A stretch of 64,000 bases of DNA from the human T2T-CHM13v2.0 reference genome, Homo sapiens. This document shows positions 12,935-29,115 of this stretch, one piece after another (positions within the stretch are counted from its first letter, which is position 1; the number at the start of each line of letters is the position of its first letter). The notes beneath the pieces were generated by a model that was given only the letters and a program-made list of their open reading frames with translations, did not search any database and was not told the origin of the DNA. The position numbers and the translations under genes were made by a program. The stretch lies in the NCBI RefSeq assembly GCF_009914755.1, contig NC_060933.1; one strand, 5' to 3'.

Positions 12935-13085
12935 ACAACTAGACCTAGGTTTGAAGCATAGCTTTACCATGTATTTTATGTGTCACATATTAGGCTAAGT
13001 TCTTTGAACCTTGCCTTCAATATTTATACAAATAATGAGACTTAACAATGCTTCCCTGCCAAAATCATGTGGACAACTAATAACT
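12935..13085 (+). mobile_element. MIR fragment
   Basis: agacctaggtttgaag...ggctaagttctttgaaccttgccttcaatattt. Confidence 0.5.
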
Positions 13086-13409
13086 ATGTACTCAAAACAG
13101 ACACTCAAAAACAGAAGAAATCATTTCTAAGTAAATAGGGGCACCCAGCCAGAGGTGTAATCTCTCACTTTTAAATGAAATATTTTGATTAGGTCAGATG
13201 ATCTTAATGATCTAGGAGAAGTGCTAAAATATTGCAATAACATATTTTGCACCCATCTGTGAAAACGTCAGCTAAATAAATTATTAAGTGAACCATCTGA
13301 TTTGAAATCTTTTGAATATCCCAGCCCTGGAGTAGGGGAGAACAGAAAATTTCAAAACATGTATATATATTTACATTTAGAATCAATACTTTGAAAGACA
13401 CTTAAACTG

Positions 13410-13800
13410 AAAATGCATATACCCATTTGGGAGGGCAAGTTGGTGATATGTTCAAAACCATAAGAAATATTCATAAACCTTGAGGGAGTAATTCTATTCC
13501 AAGAAAGTCTTCCCAGAGAAATAACAATCAGAAATATGCAGTCAAAAACCTATATTTCTAGCTGTTTATAACTTTTTTTTAGTAATCGTGAAAAACTAGT
13601 TACAATTTAAGTGTCTCACAATAGGAGATTAATTAAATATATTATGGTATTTCTTACAATAGTCTATTATGAAGCCATTAAAACTGCATTTTCAAATACT
13701 GTTTAATGACATGGAAAATGATCAAAAATAAATTTAAGTGAAAAAGGAGTATATAAAACTGAATTTACAATGTGATGCCAATTTTGTAATACTGAGCATT
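13410..13800 (+). mobile_element. Old L1ME-type ORF2 end and 3' UTR
   Basis: ttgggagggcaagttgg...aagtgtctcacaataggagattaattaaatatattatggta...gaagccattaaaa...atgacatggaaaatg. Confidence 0.65.
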
Positions 13801-15285
13801 TCATATAATTATTTTTATTCAACGTGTTTCAAGTATTCAACCAAAATATTGTCAAAGCATAAAACCTTAAGACAAATGAATTGCAAGATTAAAAATAAAA
13901 TACTCTTTTCTCTTTTCTATCCACGTCTATCTGAAGCTCATATTAATTATCATGAGCATAGACTGGTACAATCTATATTTTCATAAGATTATAATTTACT
14001 TCTCTGTACATTTTATTGTTCTTCAAATTCTAACATAAGAACATAGAACATTTATTGACAGAAAGTAAAACAATAAATAATTTAACTACAGATGGATTGT
14101 AGTTTAAGATATGTCTTTTACTTTACACTATTATGTTTAAGAAAATTTGACCATGTTTGGCAAATTTTTGAATGAGCCCAAATGAATTTGATTATATTTT
14201 ATCTGAATTTTCCAAAGGGCTAAGGAATGTTGTGATAAAATGTATCTGATTTAAATTTACATGTCTGACTGATCACTTAAGGGGACTCCTTAGAAGTTTA
14301 TTTGGAGAGTGTGCAGAAAACCTGCTGGGACATGGCAGAACCAAGTGAAGAAACAAGAGCTAGATAATTTTAGTCACCCTCAGAGAAAAATATTATTAAT
14401 ATGCGGCCTAGACTCAAAGCTAGCCCTGTCTAAACCTATGGAATCCTTCCTATATTGGGGGGGGAGGGGAAGAGAGTTGTAGGTAAAAACCTGTACATGC
14501 TGCTTCTCTAAACTCTCTAACACATTTGGGTTCAAACAATACTTCTTTGAAATCCCTTAAACAGATTGTCAGGTAAAAAGAAAAAAAAATAGGTGCTCTT
14601 CACTCCTCTTTAGCACTGATACCCTGAAAACTTACAGAAGCTATTAATTTAAAAATTGAGTCCTTGGTTTCTCAAAGGGAGAGACTTTGCACTTGGCTTA
14701 GCAACCATTGGCAGGAACATTGCTATTCCTAACCCAGCCACACCACAGTGCACTGTGCCTGCAAGACAGTGAACATTTTCTTGAATACATCTGAGGTACC
14801 CAAAAGGTGCTTCCAGATATAATGTGGAGGTAGGTGATTTGTATACAGCTGGAATTTCTGGATGAGAAAAAGAGACAGAGCCAGGGAAATAAAATGTATT
14901 TTGGTCCTATTTCCCTAGAAGCTGTTTATTTTCAGATCAAAAGCTGAAGTTGTTTACAGAATCAAGATTTTCACAGTCTTCTACCTATGGGTGCAGTGAA
15001 CTAGATCAAAGTCCTCAGGACTGATCCAGAACAAAACTGATGCCGAATTGGATTTACAAGGAAATTTGCAATGAATAAAACAGAAGTGTATCACCAGAGT
15101 GTTAGCCTCAACATTGTACATAATGTAGAAGAATGGATGGCATATTTCAACATAATCACAAACATAAAGTGCTAATGTGTGTTCTCAAAAAGTATTTGAT
15201 TATCTAATTAACTCAATACATCATTAGGGTTTATCTGGCCCAGTTTTTGTTTCTGAATACTTTTTTAAAGAATAGTTCTATTTAT

Positions 15286-16067
15286 TTATTTACTTTTTAA
15301 AAAATTATTATTATACTTTAAGTTTTAGGGTACGTGTGCACAATGTGCAGCTTAGTTACATGTGTATACATGTGCCATGCTGGTGTGCTGCACCCATTAA
15401 CTCGTCTTTTAGCATTAGGTATATCTCCTAATGCTATCCCTCCTCCCTCTCCCCACCCCACAACAGTCCCCAGAATGTGATGTTCCCCTTCCTGTGTCCA
15501 TGTGTTCTCATTGTTCAATTCCCACCTATGAGTGAGAAGATGTGGTGTTTGGTTTTTCGTTCTTGCGATAGTTTACTGAGAATGATGATTTCCAATTTCA
15601 TCCATGTCCCTAAAAAGGACACGAACTCATCATTTTTTATGGCTGCATAGTATTCCATGGTGTATATGTGCCGCATTTTCTTAATCCAGTCTATCATTGT
15701 TGGACATTTGGGTTGATTCCAAGTATTTGCTATTGTGAATAGTGCCGCAATAAACATACGTGTGCATGTGTCTTTATAGCAGCATGATTTATAGCCCTTT
15801 GGGTATATACCCAGTAATGGGATGGCTGGGTCAAATGGTATTTCTAGCTCTAGATCCCTGAGGAATCGCCACACTGACTTCCACAATGGTTGAACTAGTT
15901 TACAGTCCCACCAACAGTGTAAAAGTGTTCCTATTTCTCCACATCCTCTCCAGCACCTGTTGTTTCCTGACTTTTTAATGATTACCATTCTAACTGGTGT
16001 GAGATGGTATCTCATTGTGGTTTTGATTTGCATTTCTCTGATGGCCAGTGATGGTGAGCATTTTTTC
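15286..16067 (-). mobile_element. L1 3' end, copy A (L1PA3-like): ORF2 C-terminus, 3' UTR and tail
   Basis: Track ORF 15515-16033 is the ORF2 C-terminus. 3' UTR has cacaatgtg, cccattaactcgtc, ctcctaatgc, ccacaacagtcc, gtgttctcattg. Confidence 0.92.
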
Positions 16068-19286
<3,219 letters not shown>

Positions 19287-19439
19287 ATACTTCATGACTT
19301 TCTCTTAGGGATCTTCCAAAGAACAAAGAGAATGATTCACTTTTTTAAATTAAAGTAAAATAAAACTCATTCTGTTTCATAATTATCATTTGATTCATTG
19401 GACTCTTTAAGTATAAGATCCATTACAGGTTCTTAGTGA

Positions 19440-20714
19440 TTTTTTTTTTCTATATTTGCTGTTTCATTATCCTAGAAATTATTTTTCTCATTACTTATCA
19501 ATTATTCTCAGCTATGCTAAAGACAAAGAAACTTTTAACAGGAAGTCAGAATGATGAAGCCACCCAGAAAGATGTTTAAAAGGTCAAATTAATAACAATT
19601 CCATAATCTTTCTGTTTTCTTATTGCATTGTATGAAGTACTGCATCATAATTTGAGAAGGTATAACAGGAGACTGGAGACATGATCTTTGTAGTCTACTT
19701 TTAGATTTAATTGAACATAATTTTGAATTCAGAATTTCTCATCTTCAGCCCATAAGAGCAAACAGAAGAAAACTGAGAGAGGAAGATATTTCACAACTGC
19801 AAGATGAATCAGAAATTAACGCAAACAGACACATAGAAGCACTCTAGTATATTCTAACAATGATAGTGAAATTCATCACATAAAATTTCAGATTATAAAT
19901 ATTCAGATGACAATATCTCAGATGAATTTTCTCAAATTTAAGAAACAGCAAGTGAATAATATATTTCTATGGATGAAAATAAATACGGTTTTCTCATATA
20001 GTTAATCATTCAACAGGAAGGACATCATCTTACAATGTTTTGGGACAAAAATTAGACCTTGCTATTATGTTAAAAAAAAAAGTGAAATTGTTATTTTACT
20101 TATTTTGATGTCTGCATGTCAAATTTTACTTGATATAGTTTGTAAGAGACAAATGTTGAAAGCAAGTGTGTATAAAAATATATTTAGAAAAAAATATAAA
20201 TAATGTAGAAATGAAAAAAAATCACTCAATGGTATTTATAAAGGTAAAGCTGAAAATGATTTGGAATTAAAAACCAAAGAAGATTCAACCAACGTTATGA
20301 GTCATTGAAAAGTTTCAAAAACTTAGGTATTGAATTTTGATGATGCAAATGTAAAAACAAAAATCAATGATAAGCTAAAACTTATTTAGATATATATTTG
20401 AAATATGAAATCTGTATTTACAAGATGGATATGTCCCAGGTTCATTCATGACTGCTGATGATCAATCAGTTAATTCAGAGGATGTTGTCCCTTGGGTCCA
20501 TATATATAACATCAAAATCAGGGAAATGTGGAATAAAATTTGAGTTTACGCTGCTTAAATTCTTATTTGAATTTCTAAGTCACTTTCAGTATCCCTTTAG
20601 TCTTACTGTTGTGAACTATTTGTTAAATGATTTTAAAAGATAAAAAAAATTTGAAAGTACATTGGATCCAGATGGTAAATAGCATGGCTATTTTTCCTGG
20701 CATGTGAAGCTTAA
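19440..20714 (+). mobile_element. piggyBac-family DNA transposon relic (Looper-like)
   Basis: 20424-20542 translates across frameshifts to DGYVPGSFMTADDQ / FRGCCP / YITSKSGKCGIKF, matching the piggyBac VDE..FRGRC..Y.PSKP.KYGIK block. Ends cctggcatgtgaagc-TTAA. Left boundary uncertain. Confidence 0.8.
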
Positions 20715-21189
20715 AGTGTGAGATCTAGAAATAGGTTCTTGAACTGGACCCTAGTGTAATGCTGAACTAAGAATATTTCACGAAAAGTTCTAGGAATTAG
20801 TTTAAAACAAAACACAAGTGGTAAAAATAAAATCTGGGGCCGAAATTACATAATTACATAAAAGGTGTTAATGTCTTAGGACAAACATAGTCTCCTTCTA
20901 CCCCTCCCTTTCTTTCTGCCTCTATCTTCTTCTTTGTCTTCCTTCCTGTCTCCCCCTCCACACTCTTTTATGAATCTGGACTAATTTAGGAACTGCTGAA
21001 AGAATATCTAAATGGCTGTCCTCACTTTATTGCAATTATGGATCACCAGAAAAAATGTTGGCTGTCTCTCAAGGAAGGTCAATCCACTGAAACCTTCCAG
21101 ATATCTTTTTTTGGGGGGTGCTCTCTTTGCAACTTTTGCTTACTTAGCCCTTAAATTTTATAATTGCTTACTATTTGAACCCATCTCTC

Positions 21190-21265
21190 TTTGACAGAAG
21201 AGACCATATCTTATTCATTTTCACATTCCCAATATCTTGCATAGAGCAGCTGCTCAATAAATGTA
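21190..21265 (+). mobile_element. L2 3' terminus
   Basis: gaccatatcttattcatttt...gctgctcaataaatgt. Confidence 0.55.
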
Positions 21266-23029
21266 CACATACTAAAACATTCACTTGCAACAATCAAGAT
21301 TATGAAAAGGACATCCTGTATTATTAATTGAGATTATGGTAATTATTCCTTATTAAGGTTTTTTTTTTGTCTAAAACCATATAAATCCTTTGGGTTTAAT
21401 GCAAAGGTTTATAATCCTTTGCATTCCCATGGGAGAGACTTGAGTTATACCTGTTGAAGCAATAGAAACTCAATGGAGTCTATGTTTTTTGTTCATTTCA
21501 TAGGTGAGAAAATAAGATTTGTTTACTCTGTGGCAATAAAGTATCTGGCGTAGCTATCACAAACTTACGTTTCCTACAAATTGTTGCCTTTCCACAGTTT
21601 CAAGGTGCATGTGGCTGAAGAGTCTATTTGGCAAACCAGCTAAAAAGGGTGTGTTAGCTTTGGATTAACCTTTTGCCCAAACTAATGTTTCTTGCCAATG
21701 GCCCGAGTCTCAATTCAAAAGGGCGATAATGTCATAAAATGGAAGAAATTGATTTTTTTCATTTTATCCACCAAAGTAGTAAAAATTGTAAAATCTATAT
21801 CCAAATACACATAATAAATTTCCATTGCTTTAGGGACAATATTAAAGCATTTCTGTTTCCTTTTTATTCTGGATCGCAGCCCTGACTACATAGAGTTCAT
21901 ATATATATATATGTTTTTCTAATAGACTTTCAATGCTCAAGATTATTTTCTTTTTAAAAGTGGTCCTGATAACTTTTAGTATAGTTGCTCTCTGGGAATG
22001 CTAATTTTTCCTCCCATTTAATTTGCCCCTTTCCACACCCACCCCCCAGGTCCCATATTTTCAGTAATGCAAAATTAGGCAATTATTTACTTTTTGTTTG
22101 AGTTTAAAAAGCACATCTACACCACACAAATGCATTTTGGCTCCCATTCATGCTGAAAAATTACTGGTAACTTGATGAATCTGCAACTAATTTTACAAAA
22201 ATGTTGGGCTAGTTTTGCCAAGGATGTCTGACCCCCGGCCTTACTTCACTGATGTAAGTTTTTGAGCATTGGCCTGGTCTGATCAGTGCCAGCTGTGAGT
22301 GCTTTGGTTGTACACGTCGGATGTTAAACAAAGTGGAAAGAACAGCATACTCTAGCTCAGACATGGAGGTTTGTGAATTGGGACAGAAATAAGACTGTGT
22401 TTGGAACTGAGGCATGTCGTTCAATTCCACTAAGCTTCCCTTTGCCCAGTTATGCTATTTGATTTCATACTGGTGTGTCACTTAAAATCACTCTCAATCA
22501 AATGCTGCTCAGACCAGAGAAAGTAGATATCTGTAAAAAAGAATAAACAGAATTTATTAGGAAATGGTTTTGTCTAACAGATTTTTAAAACTACATTTTT
22601 TGGTCCAAACTCTCTGGAATTCTAAGGGAAAAAAGAAAACAATAAAATATTGATAAGGTATTTTAATTTCCTTAGAGAGTAATAAATAATCTATTCCAGG
22701 ACACCTGGTAATAGTAGGAGTTAAAATGGCTTAACTTTTTAATTTTTGCTTTGAGAGAGAATGGAGTTGGTGAAAGTATGGAATATTTTGAGTACGTTTA
22801 CATTCAGCCTAAATACTAACAGAGTGATGCCCGTAAAATCCATGTATAGAACTGGTATTCTATATTTTATTGCATCTAAAGATAAATTACCTAATGACAA
22901 GGTTCATGGTATCAAAGCAACCTACAGTTGAGGTTGAGGATGGCAGAAACAGTTGCTGAAAATTGATGTTTGGAGAGCGATGGTAGTAATGGATTGATGA
23001 TGGAACATCCATCAGGGAAAATGAAACAA

Positions 23030-23445
23030 TTGCAGCATTACTCATAGTAGCCAACAGGTGGATGCAACCCAAATGATGAACCTCATTAGTGAATAGAGAA
23101 ACAAAATGTGGTATATCCATACAGTGGCCTATGGAGTCAAGCAGTGATACATGCTACAACATGGATAAATCCTATAAATATTATGCTAAGTGAAAGAAGC
23201 TAGATACAAAAGGCCACATATTGAATTATTCCATTTATATAAATGGATAGGCAATTCCCTAGAGACAGAAAGTAGAATGGTGGGTGACTTCTAATGAGCA
23301 TAAGATTTAGTTAGGGATGATGAAAATATTCTAGAACTAGATAGGGTAATTGCACAACTTTGTGAATTTACTAAAGAACACGAACAGCATACTTTTAAAA
23401 CATAAATGTTAAGTAATGTAAATAGTATCTCAATTTAAAAAATGT
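23030..23445 (+). mobile_element. Old L1 (L1MB/ME-like) 3' end
   Basis: caacccaaatg...aaaatgtggtatatccatacagtgg...atgctaagtgaaagaagctagatacaaaaggccacatattg...tatctcaatttaaaaaa. Confidence 0.8.
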
Positions 23446-23559
23446 ATGAGGAAGAAAAAGTAAGCCAACTTGTAATTGTGAAATGTGGGTTGTTTGCGTA
23501 TTGCATCTTCGTGTACTCTCCATTGTCTCCATCGGCGAATCTGTGTAGTAGAATGCTTC

Positions 23560-23963
23560 ATTGCATTGCCCAAGTCTCAAATTTTCTACTTCTTTATGCT
23601 TATCTGCTCCATTGTAAGCCATCTCTTTTTTTCTAATTTACTGTTCTTAAGTTTTTCTTTTCAAAAGTGTGTCTGATCACCTATTAAACCTATATTGACA
23701 TCTGAATTTTAATTATTATATTTTTCATTTTAAGATATTATATTTGGATCTTTTTCTAAATTTTCTAGTCATTTTTTGTTCTCTTGTTTCTAAGACATGT
23801 ATTTAATATCCTCTTTTTTTGCTTTAATTGTATTCAACAAACATTTTAATTATCTCTGACTGATAATTCCAGTATCTTCAAAATTGTGAGTTGAATTTTT
23901 CAGTTTGGTGCTTCTGTCAACTCTCATTCATAGCATCTTGTTTCTTCATTCATGTCTTCATGA

Positions 23964-23994
<31 letters not shown>

Positions 23995-24410
23995 TGGGGG
24001 AAATGGAGGATGTGTTCCTTGGAACTTTATGGTAAACTTTAAGAGTTGAACTTAAACACCACTTTTCCATTGACTATTTGTTTTTTCTTCTTTTAGGTGC
24101 CTGGATAAACAAGAAATTCTGAACACTTTGAGTCTGGAAATTTTCAGAACACCTAGACAGCATCAGTCATAACTCCATACCTGTGTGAGTACTAGTTTGT
24201 AGTTCAAACATTCAAGAGAAAATTTTTCTTTTTCTTATTTAAAAGAATATCACTCAGGGACTTTTTTTTTCACTATTTCTCTTTTTTAAAAAAATAAGTT
24301 GTATTTTAATGGGCACGAAGGGGATGTCACCTTTCGAGAATTCTAGCTTTAATGTGAGATTTTATAACATCATTTGTATGGGTCCTATTTTTTGTCTCCT
24401 GTTCCCTATG
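23560..24410 (-). mobile_element. Old L1M 5' region or HAL1-like fragment, containing (TG)n at 23965-23992
   Basis: T-rich antisense ORF1-like text (ttaaacctatattgacatctgaattttaatt...tctctgactgataattccagtatc). Confidence 0.5.
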
Positions 24411-24439
24411 AAGATATCATCCATTAATGTAAATTAAAA

Positions 24440-24905
24440 TGAAGACTGTAATTTGTATAAGAATGTATATTGCTGCTTTATTTTTGATATTCTCAAATCG
24501 GAAACAACCAAAATACCAATCCGCAAGAGGATGGATAAGCATATAGGAATATATTTTTATGATGAAATAATTCTCAGCATTAATTTTGAAAAAGCAACTG
24601 ATACACAAAACAATATGAATATATTTTGAAAACATCCTGGATGAAAGAAGCCAGACCACAGATTTTGAGATCTGGAAAAGCCGATGGACAGTAATAAAAG
24701 TCAGAATAATGATTCTGGGTAGGGAGTTGGGACTAACTGAAAAGGTGTGAGAAAACTTTCTGAAGTCTTCCTTCAAAACTTTCTTTATCTTAAGTGGGCT
24801 TACATGGGTGTGTATGTGTTTATGTATTCAAGAAAATCCATCAAATCGTATGCTTAAGTTCTGTGCATTTTAGTTTATGTAAATTTTATCTCAGTAGACT
24901 AATAA
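24440..24905 (+). mobile_element. Old L1ME/MC 3' end
   Basis: ggaaacaaccaaaatacc...gatgaaagaagccagacc...tgtgcattttagtttatgtaaattttatctc. Confidence 0.65.
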
Positions 24906-25284
24906 AGACTCTCTGAAAGAGGTAACAAACTGAATATTTGAAAATTTTGTAGATAAATTAAAGCAAAAGAGGGACACTGATAACCTTAGAACAAAAGAGG
25001 GCAGAAAAATCAGATGGATCAGTGAATAAAAACAAATTTCAGTCTATTTAGTTTCAAGTAAGGATTACAAATACATGGCTTATATCCCGGTATTTCCTTC
25101 TTCTCCACACATGTTCAATATTACTAATTGTTTCAACACTTTACAAAATTTTTGACTCAAAATAATCTTTTCAACATTTCTAGGTAACCACTGCCAATTC
25201 GCAAACAAGATAGACATGATTTACCATTAACATTTTAAACAGCCTAAATTTAAGTTACTCATGTATCAATTTCTCTTTTTCTCT

Positions 25285-25909
25285 TTTATTCCACATCCAA
25301 TCTATCCTAGTGCTATTAACTCTATCTAAAAATTATATCTAAATTCTGATAACATCTTTTCACCTCTGTGACTACCATCCTAGCCTAGCCACCATTATCT
25401 CTTGACCATACCATTGCTCCCTACTTGTTCTTCTTGTTTCTACACCTTCCATCCTACTTTATTACATAGGAGCAGAAGGATTCTTTTAAAATATGTCATA
25501 TAGGGGGCCTCCCACCTCCCTTAGGGTGACGGCCAAGGTCTTATCATGGTCTAACTCCCGTTTTAGATCTGGTTCCCACTAATTTTCTTGCCTTTTCTTT
25601 TACTATAATCTTGCTTGATCTCTCCATTGGAGACAGATTAAGTTCCTTGCTGTTCTTTAAACACAGCATGCTTACCTCTGGTTCACTGCCTTAGCACTTA
25701 TCACCTCTTTTGCTGCAAATGCTTTCCACGTTATCTTCATGGAATGTCACCTCATTTTCTTCTTGTTATCTACTCAAATGTCAACTTACCAGAGAGGCAT
25801 TTCCAGACCATCCTATCTAAAATATTATTCAGTCCTCCATTCCCTGTTCAACTTTCTCTGTTTACTGCTTTTTTTGTAGAACATAGTCTCTCTTCCTCTC
25901 TCTCTCTCT

Positions 25910-25941
<32 letters not shown>

Positions 25942-26130
25942 ACACACACACAAACACACACACACACATTATTTTCTGTCACATTCCCCTGGAAGTAAAA
26001 TGTATTTACTTTGGGAAGTTTAACTATTTGTTCACTACCCTATATCCAGACCCTAGAATATAGTAGTTATAGGTTTATATATCTTCAGAACCTGGCACAC
26101 AGTAGATTTCATAAATATTAGTTAAATGAG
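25285..26130 (+). mobile_element. L2 3' region
   Basis: ccacatccaatc...ctcaaatgtcaacttaccagagaggc...cctggcacacagtagatttcataaatattagttaaatgag. Confidence 0.8.
25887..25968. repeat. Compound (CT)n(CA)n microsatellite
   Basis: Direct read. Confidence 0.95.
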
Positions 26131-26329
26131 TATACCCAAGGAATTTATATTTGGAAGAAAAAAAATCAATGCTACATATCACTCATTGAGGAAAAAAGAA
26201 AAACAAAACTGTTCTTCTCCTCTCTCATACTGTCGGATATATGAAACCATTATTTTTGAAAGAAAAAATATGAGTTCTACTGATACTACAAACTGTATAC
26301 ATGCAGGGAAAATTATTTGATGCTGTGTT

Positions 26330-27330
26330 ATTTTTTATCTCTCTGCTTCAGTTTTTATAACTTATATTGATGAGAATTCAAATTCACTGATTCTTTATTC
26401 TGCTATGCCAATCTACTGTTTAAACCCATCCAAAAAGTTCTTAATTTCAGACACTTTTCAGTTATATAATATCTATTTGATTTTCTTTTTAGGGTTTCTA
26501 CTTATTTGTTACAATTATTAATTTTTCAGATATTTTGTTCATCCTTGCCTCTATTTTTAACATATGTATGATAATCATTTTAAACTCTTTATCAACAAAT
26601 TGTAAACTCTGAGGCAACTACATTTCTGCTTTTGTGTCTTATTTTTGCTCTTGATTTAGGGTTATATTTTCTTGCTTCTTCCCTTGCCTTTTAAATTGCA
26701 GGTGTATGTCAGATATTTTATATTAAAAAAAAAACAAAGACTAAAATGGATATTATTTTCCCTCAGAGAATATACCCTTTTATATTTCTAGCAGCTAGCA
26801 TGAGGAGCTGAATATATATTAATTCATTCAAAAGATGTTCTATGTCAGCAATGTATAGCAGTGTCAGTTTGTTTTAATTTATGTCTGGTATCAAAGGTTT
26901 TGAGAATATTATATGTATCTGTGCTATGTGCATTATAGGCAAGTCATTCTAGCAGAAATTTGGGATCATATGCAAGAAGATTATGAAGATCATTTTCTCT
27001 TTCCAATTTAGCCTTCTTTTGCCATACTCTTGGTAAATGTTTCATAAGTGAGGCCTGGTATGTAGGAAGAACAAATCTGCCAGATTTCAGTCAATCATGG
27101 CACCTACATGGTTATTAAAAATTTCACTAGTTTCTCTTTACCCCAGCAGATTTCCTCTACCTATATGGTAGGAGTGACCTTCTACTCATATGCCCAGATA
27201 CAGCTAATGACCCTAGAGAAGAAAGGGCCAACATCCTGCATTTAATCAAGAAGATCTCATTCTTCTATAGAACTGACTTCATTTAGTTTTTTTATTATTA
27301 TTATTTTTTGACCTGCAACTCTTGAATATC
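26330..27330 (-). mobile_element. Old L1M 5' region or HAL1-like fragment
   Basis: aattcactgattctttattctgctatgccaatctactgtttaaacccatcc...ttcttaatttcag. Confidence 0.55.
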
Positions 27331-27344
27331 TTTTAAAAATAATA

Positions 27345-28170
27345 TATGAGGAAACTTAAATGCATATTGTTAAATGAAAGAAGTCAAGTTGAAAAGGCTA
27401 CATATTGTATGATTCCAACTATATGATATTCTGGAAAAGGCAAAACAGTGAAGACAGTAAATGGATCTCTGGTGAAAAGAAGGGATGAAAAGACAGAGCT
27501 CAGAGGATTTTTAAGACAGTGAATCTACTCTGTATGATACTTGATAGGGTTTGGTTGTGTCCCCACCCAAATCTCATCTTGAATTGTAATGCCCATTAGC
27601 CCCAAGTGTGATGGTAAAGACCCAGTGGGAGGTAATTGAATCATGGGGATTGTTTCTCTCATGCTATTCTCATGATAGTGAGTGAGTTCTCACAAGATCT
27701 GATGGTTTTATAAGCATCTGGCATTTCCTCTGCTGGCACTCATTCTCTCTCCTGCTGCCCTGGGAAGAGGTGTCTTCTGCCATGATCATAAGTTTCCTGA
27801 GGCCTCCCCAGCCACGTGAAACTGAGTCAATTAAACCTCTTTTCTTTATAAATTACCCAGTCTTGGGTATTTCCATATAGCAATGTGAGAACAGACTAAT
27901 ACAATATTCTAATGGTGGGTACATGTCACTATACATTTGCCCAAACCCATACAATCTACAACAGCAAGAGCTAAGCCTTGTGTAAACTATGAACTTTGGG
28001 TGATAATGATATGTCAATGTAGGCCCATCAATTGTAACAAATATATGCTGCTGGTGGAGGATATTGATAATAGGGGAGGCTGTAGATGTGTGGAAGCATG
28101 TGATATTTCCATATTTTCTGCTCAACTTTTCTGGGAACCTGAAACTGCTCTAAAAATAAAATCTCTTAAA
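27345..28170 (+). mobile_element. L1MC-type 3' UTR, interrupted by THE1D
   Basis: gaggaaacttaaatgcatattg...ggaaaaggcaaaac; resumes at 27904 with aatggtgggtacatgtcactatacatttgcccaaacccat...ctaaaaataaaatctc. Confidence 0.85.
27542..27903 (+). mobile_element. Solo THE1 LTR (THE1D-like)
   Basis: tgatagggtttgg...gaacagactaataca; 5-bp TSD atact/atatt (4 of 5 match). Confidence 0.92.
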
Positions 28171-28899
28171 AAGACTTTTTAATATATATATAGTATATAG
28201 AAGTGTATATAATATGCATTAGATAATATGGACTTTTTAATATATGTAATATTTTATACGCACACACACACACAGTCTACATTTTCCCTTGTTGTTATAG
28301 AAGAAGCAATGGTTTCTCACAAGCTTTTGCATTCTAACAAAAGTTAAACTTACATAAATTATTGAAAATCAGTATACTTCTGAGAAATCCAAATTATTGC
28401 ATCTATTGAAGCAGTTATCTCTCTTGCCTACTATTTAGGCAGCAATTGATAATAAATGATGAATAGGAACCAAACCATCAAGAGTTACAGACCAGGCTTT
28501 CAACTTTTTTCTGAAATGTTTAAAACAACCATGCTTGAAATCATCTGTCAGAGAATTAGTAACTTCTTTGGTGAAAAAAAGCTTATTTTCAAATTGAGTA
28601 TTCTAAGAATAAAGCAGTAAGAAAACAATATATGTGTGGGGGTCATAAGAATTTACTATACTGTAGAAGTAATGCCAAAAGGTTTTAAAATAAAATTATG
28701 AATAATCAATCTTTAATATACACTTGAATGGGAGGATATTTGACCTCTGTCACTAAGAATATGACACTAAGGACATAGCCCTTATTGACTTCCATTTCTT
28801 TTGTCTAGAATGACGTAATCTTAACATTTCTTCCAGTTCTCACTTTCTGTGACACCATTCTGATGTCCACTAAGATATCCACATAGCCTTTAGAAGTTA

Positions 28900-29115
28900 G
28901 TAAAGTATTGTAGTTATAAACCTGGACTTAAGAATAAAATAAATTTGAGCTTTAATCTCAGCTCTCTCTACATGTTCTGCACTATGATCTTGAGAAAGTT
29001 ACCTAGGCCTTTTGAGCCTTAATTTTCTTATCTGTAAATAGAAATAAACATACCCCACCTCAGACTGTTCTTACAGTAATTATATTACATAGTGAGGACT
29101 TAGTAAATGATAAAA
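28900..29115 (+). mobile_element. MIR
   Basis: tgatcttgagaaagttacctaggcctttgagccttaattttcttatctgtaaaatagaaataa (MIR core). Confidence 0.75.

Noticed and set aside
27803-27815. PRDM9-like CCTCCCCAGCCAC in THE1D
   Set aside because: It lacks the T at position 7 of CCNCCNTNNCCNC and is the ordinary THE1 sequence
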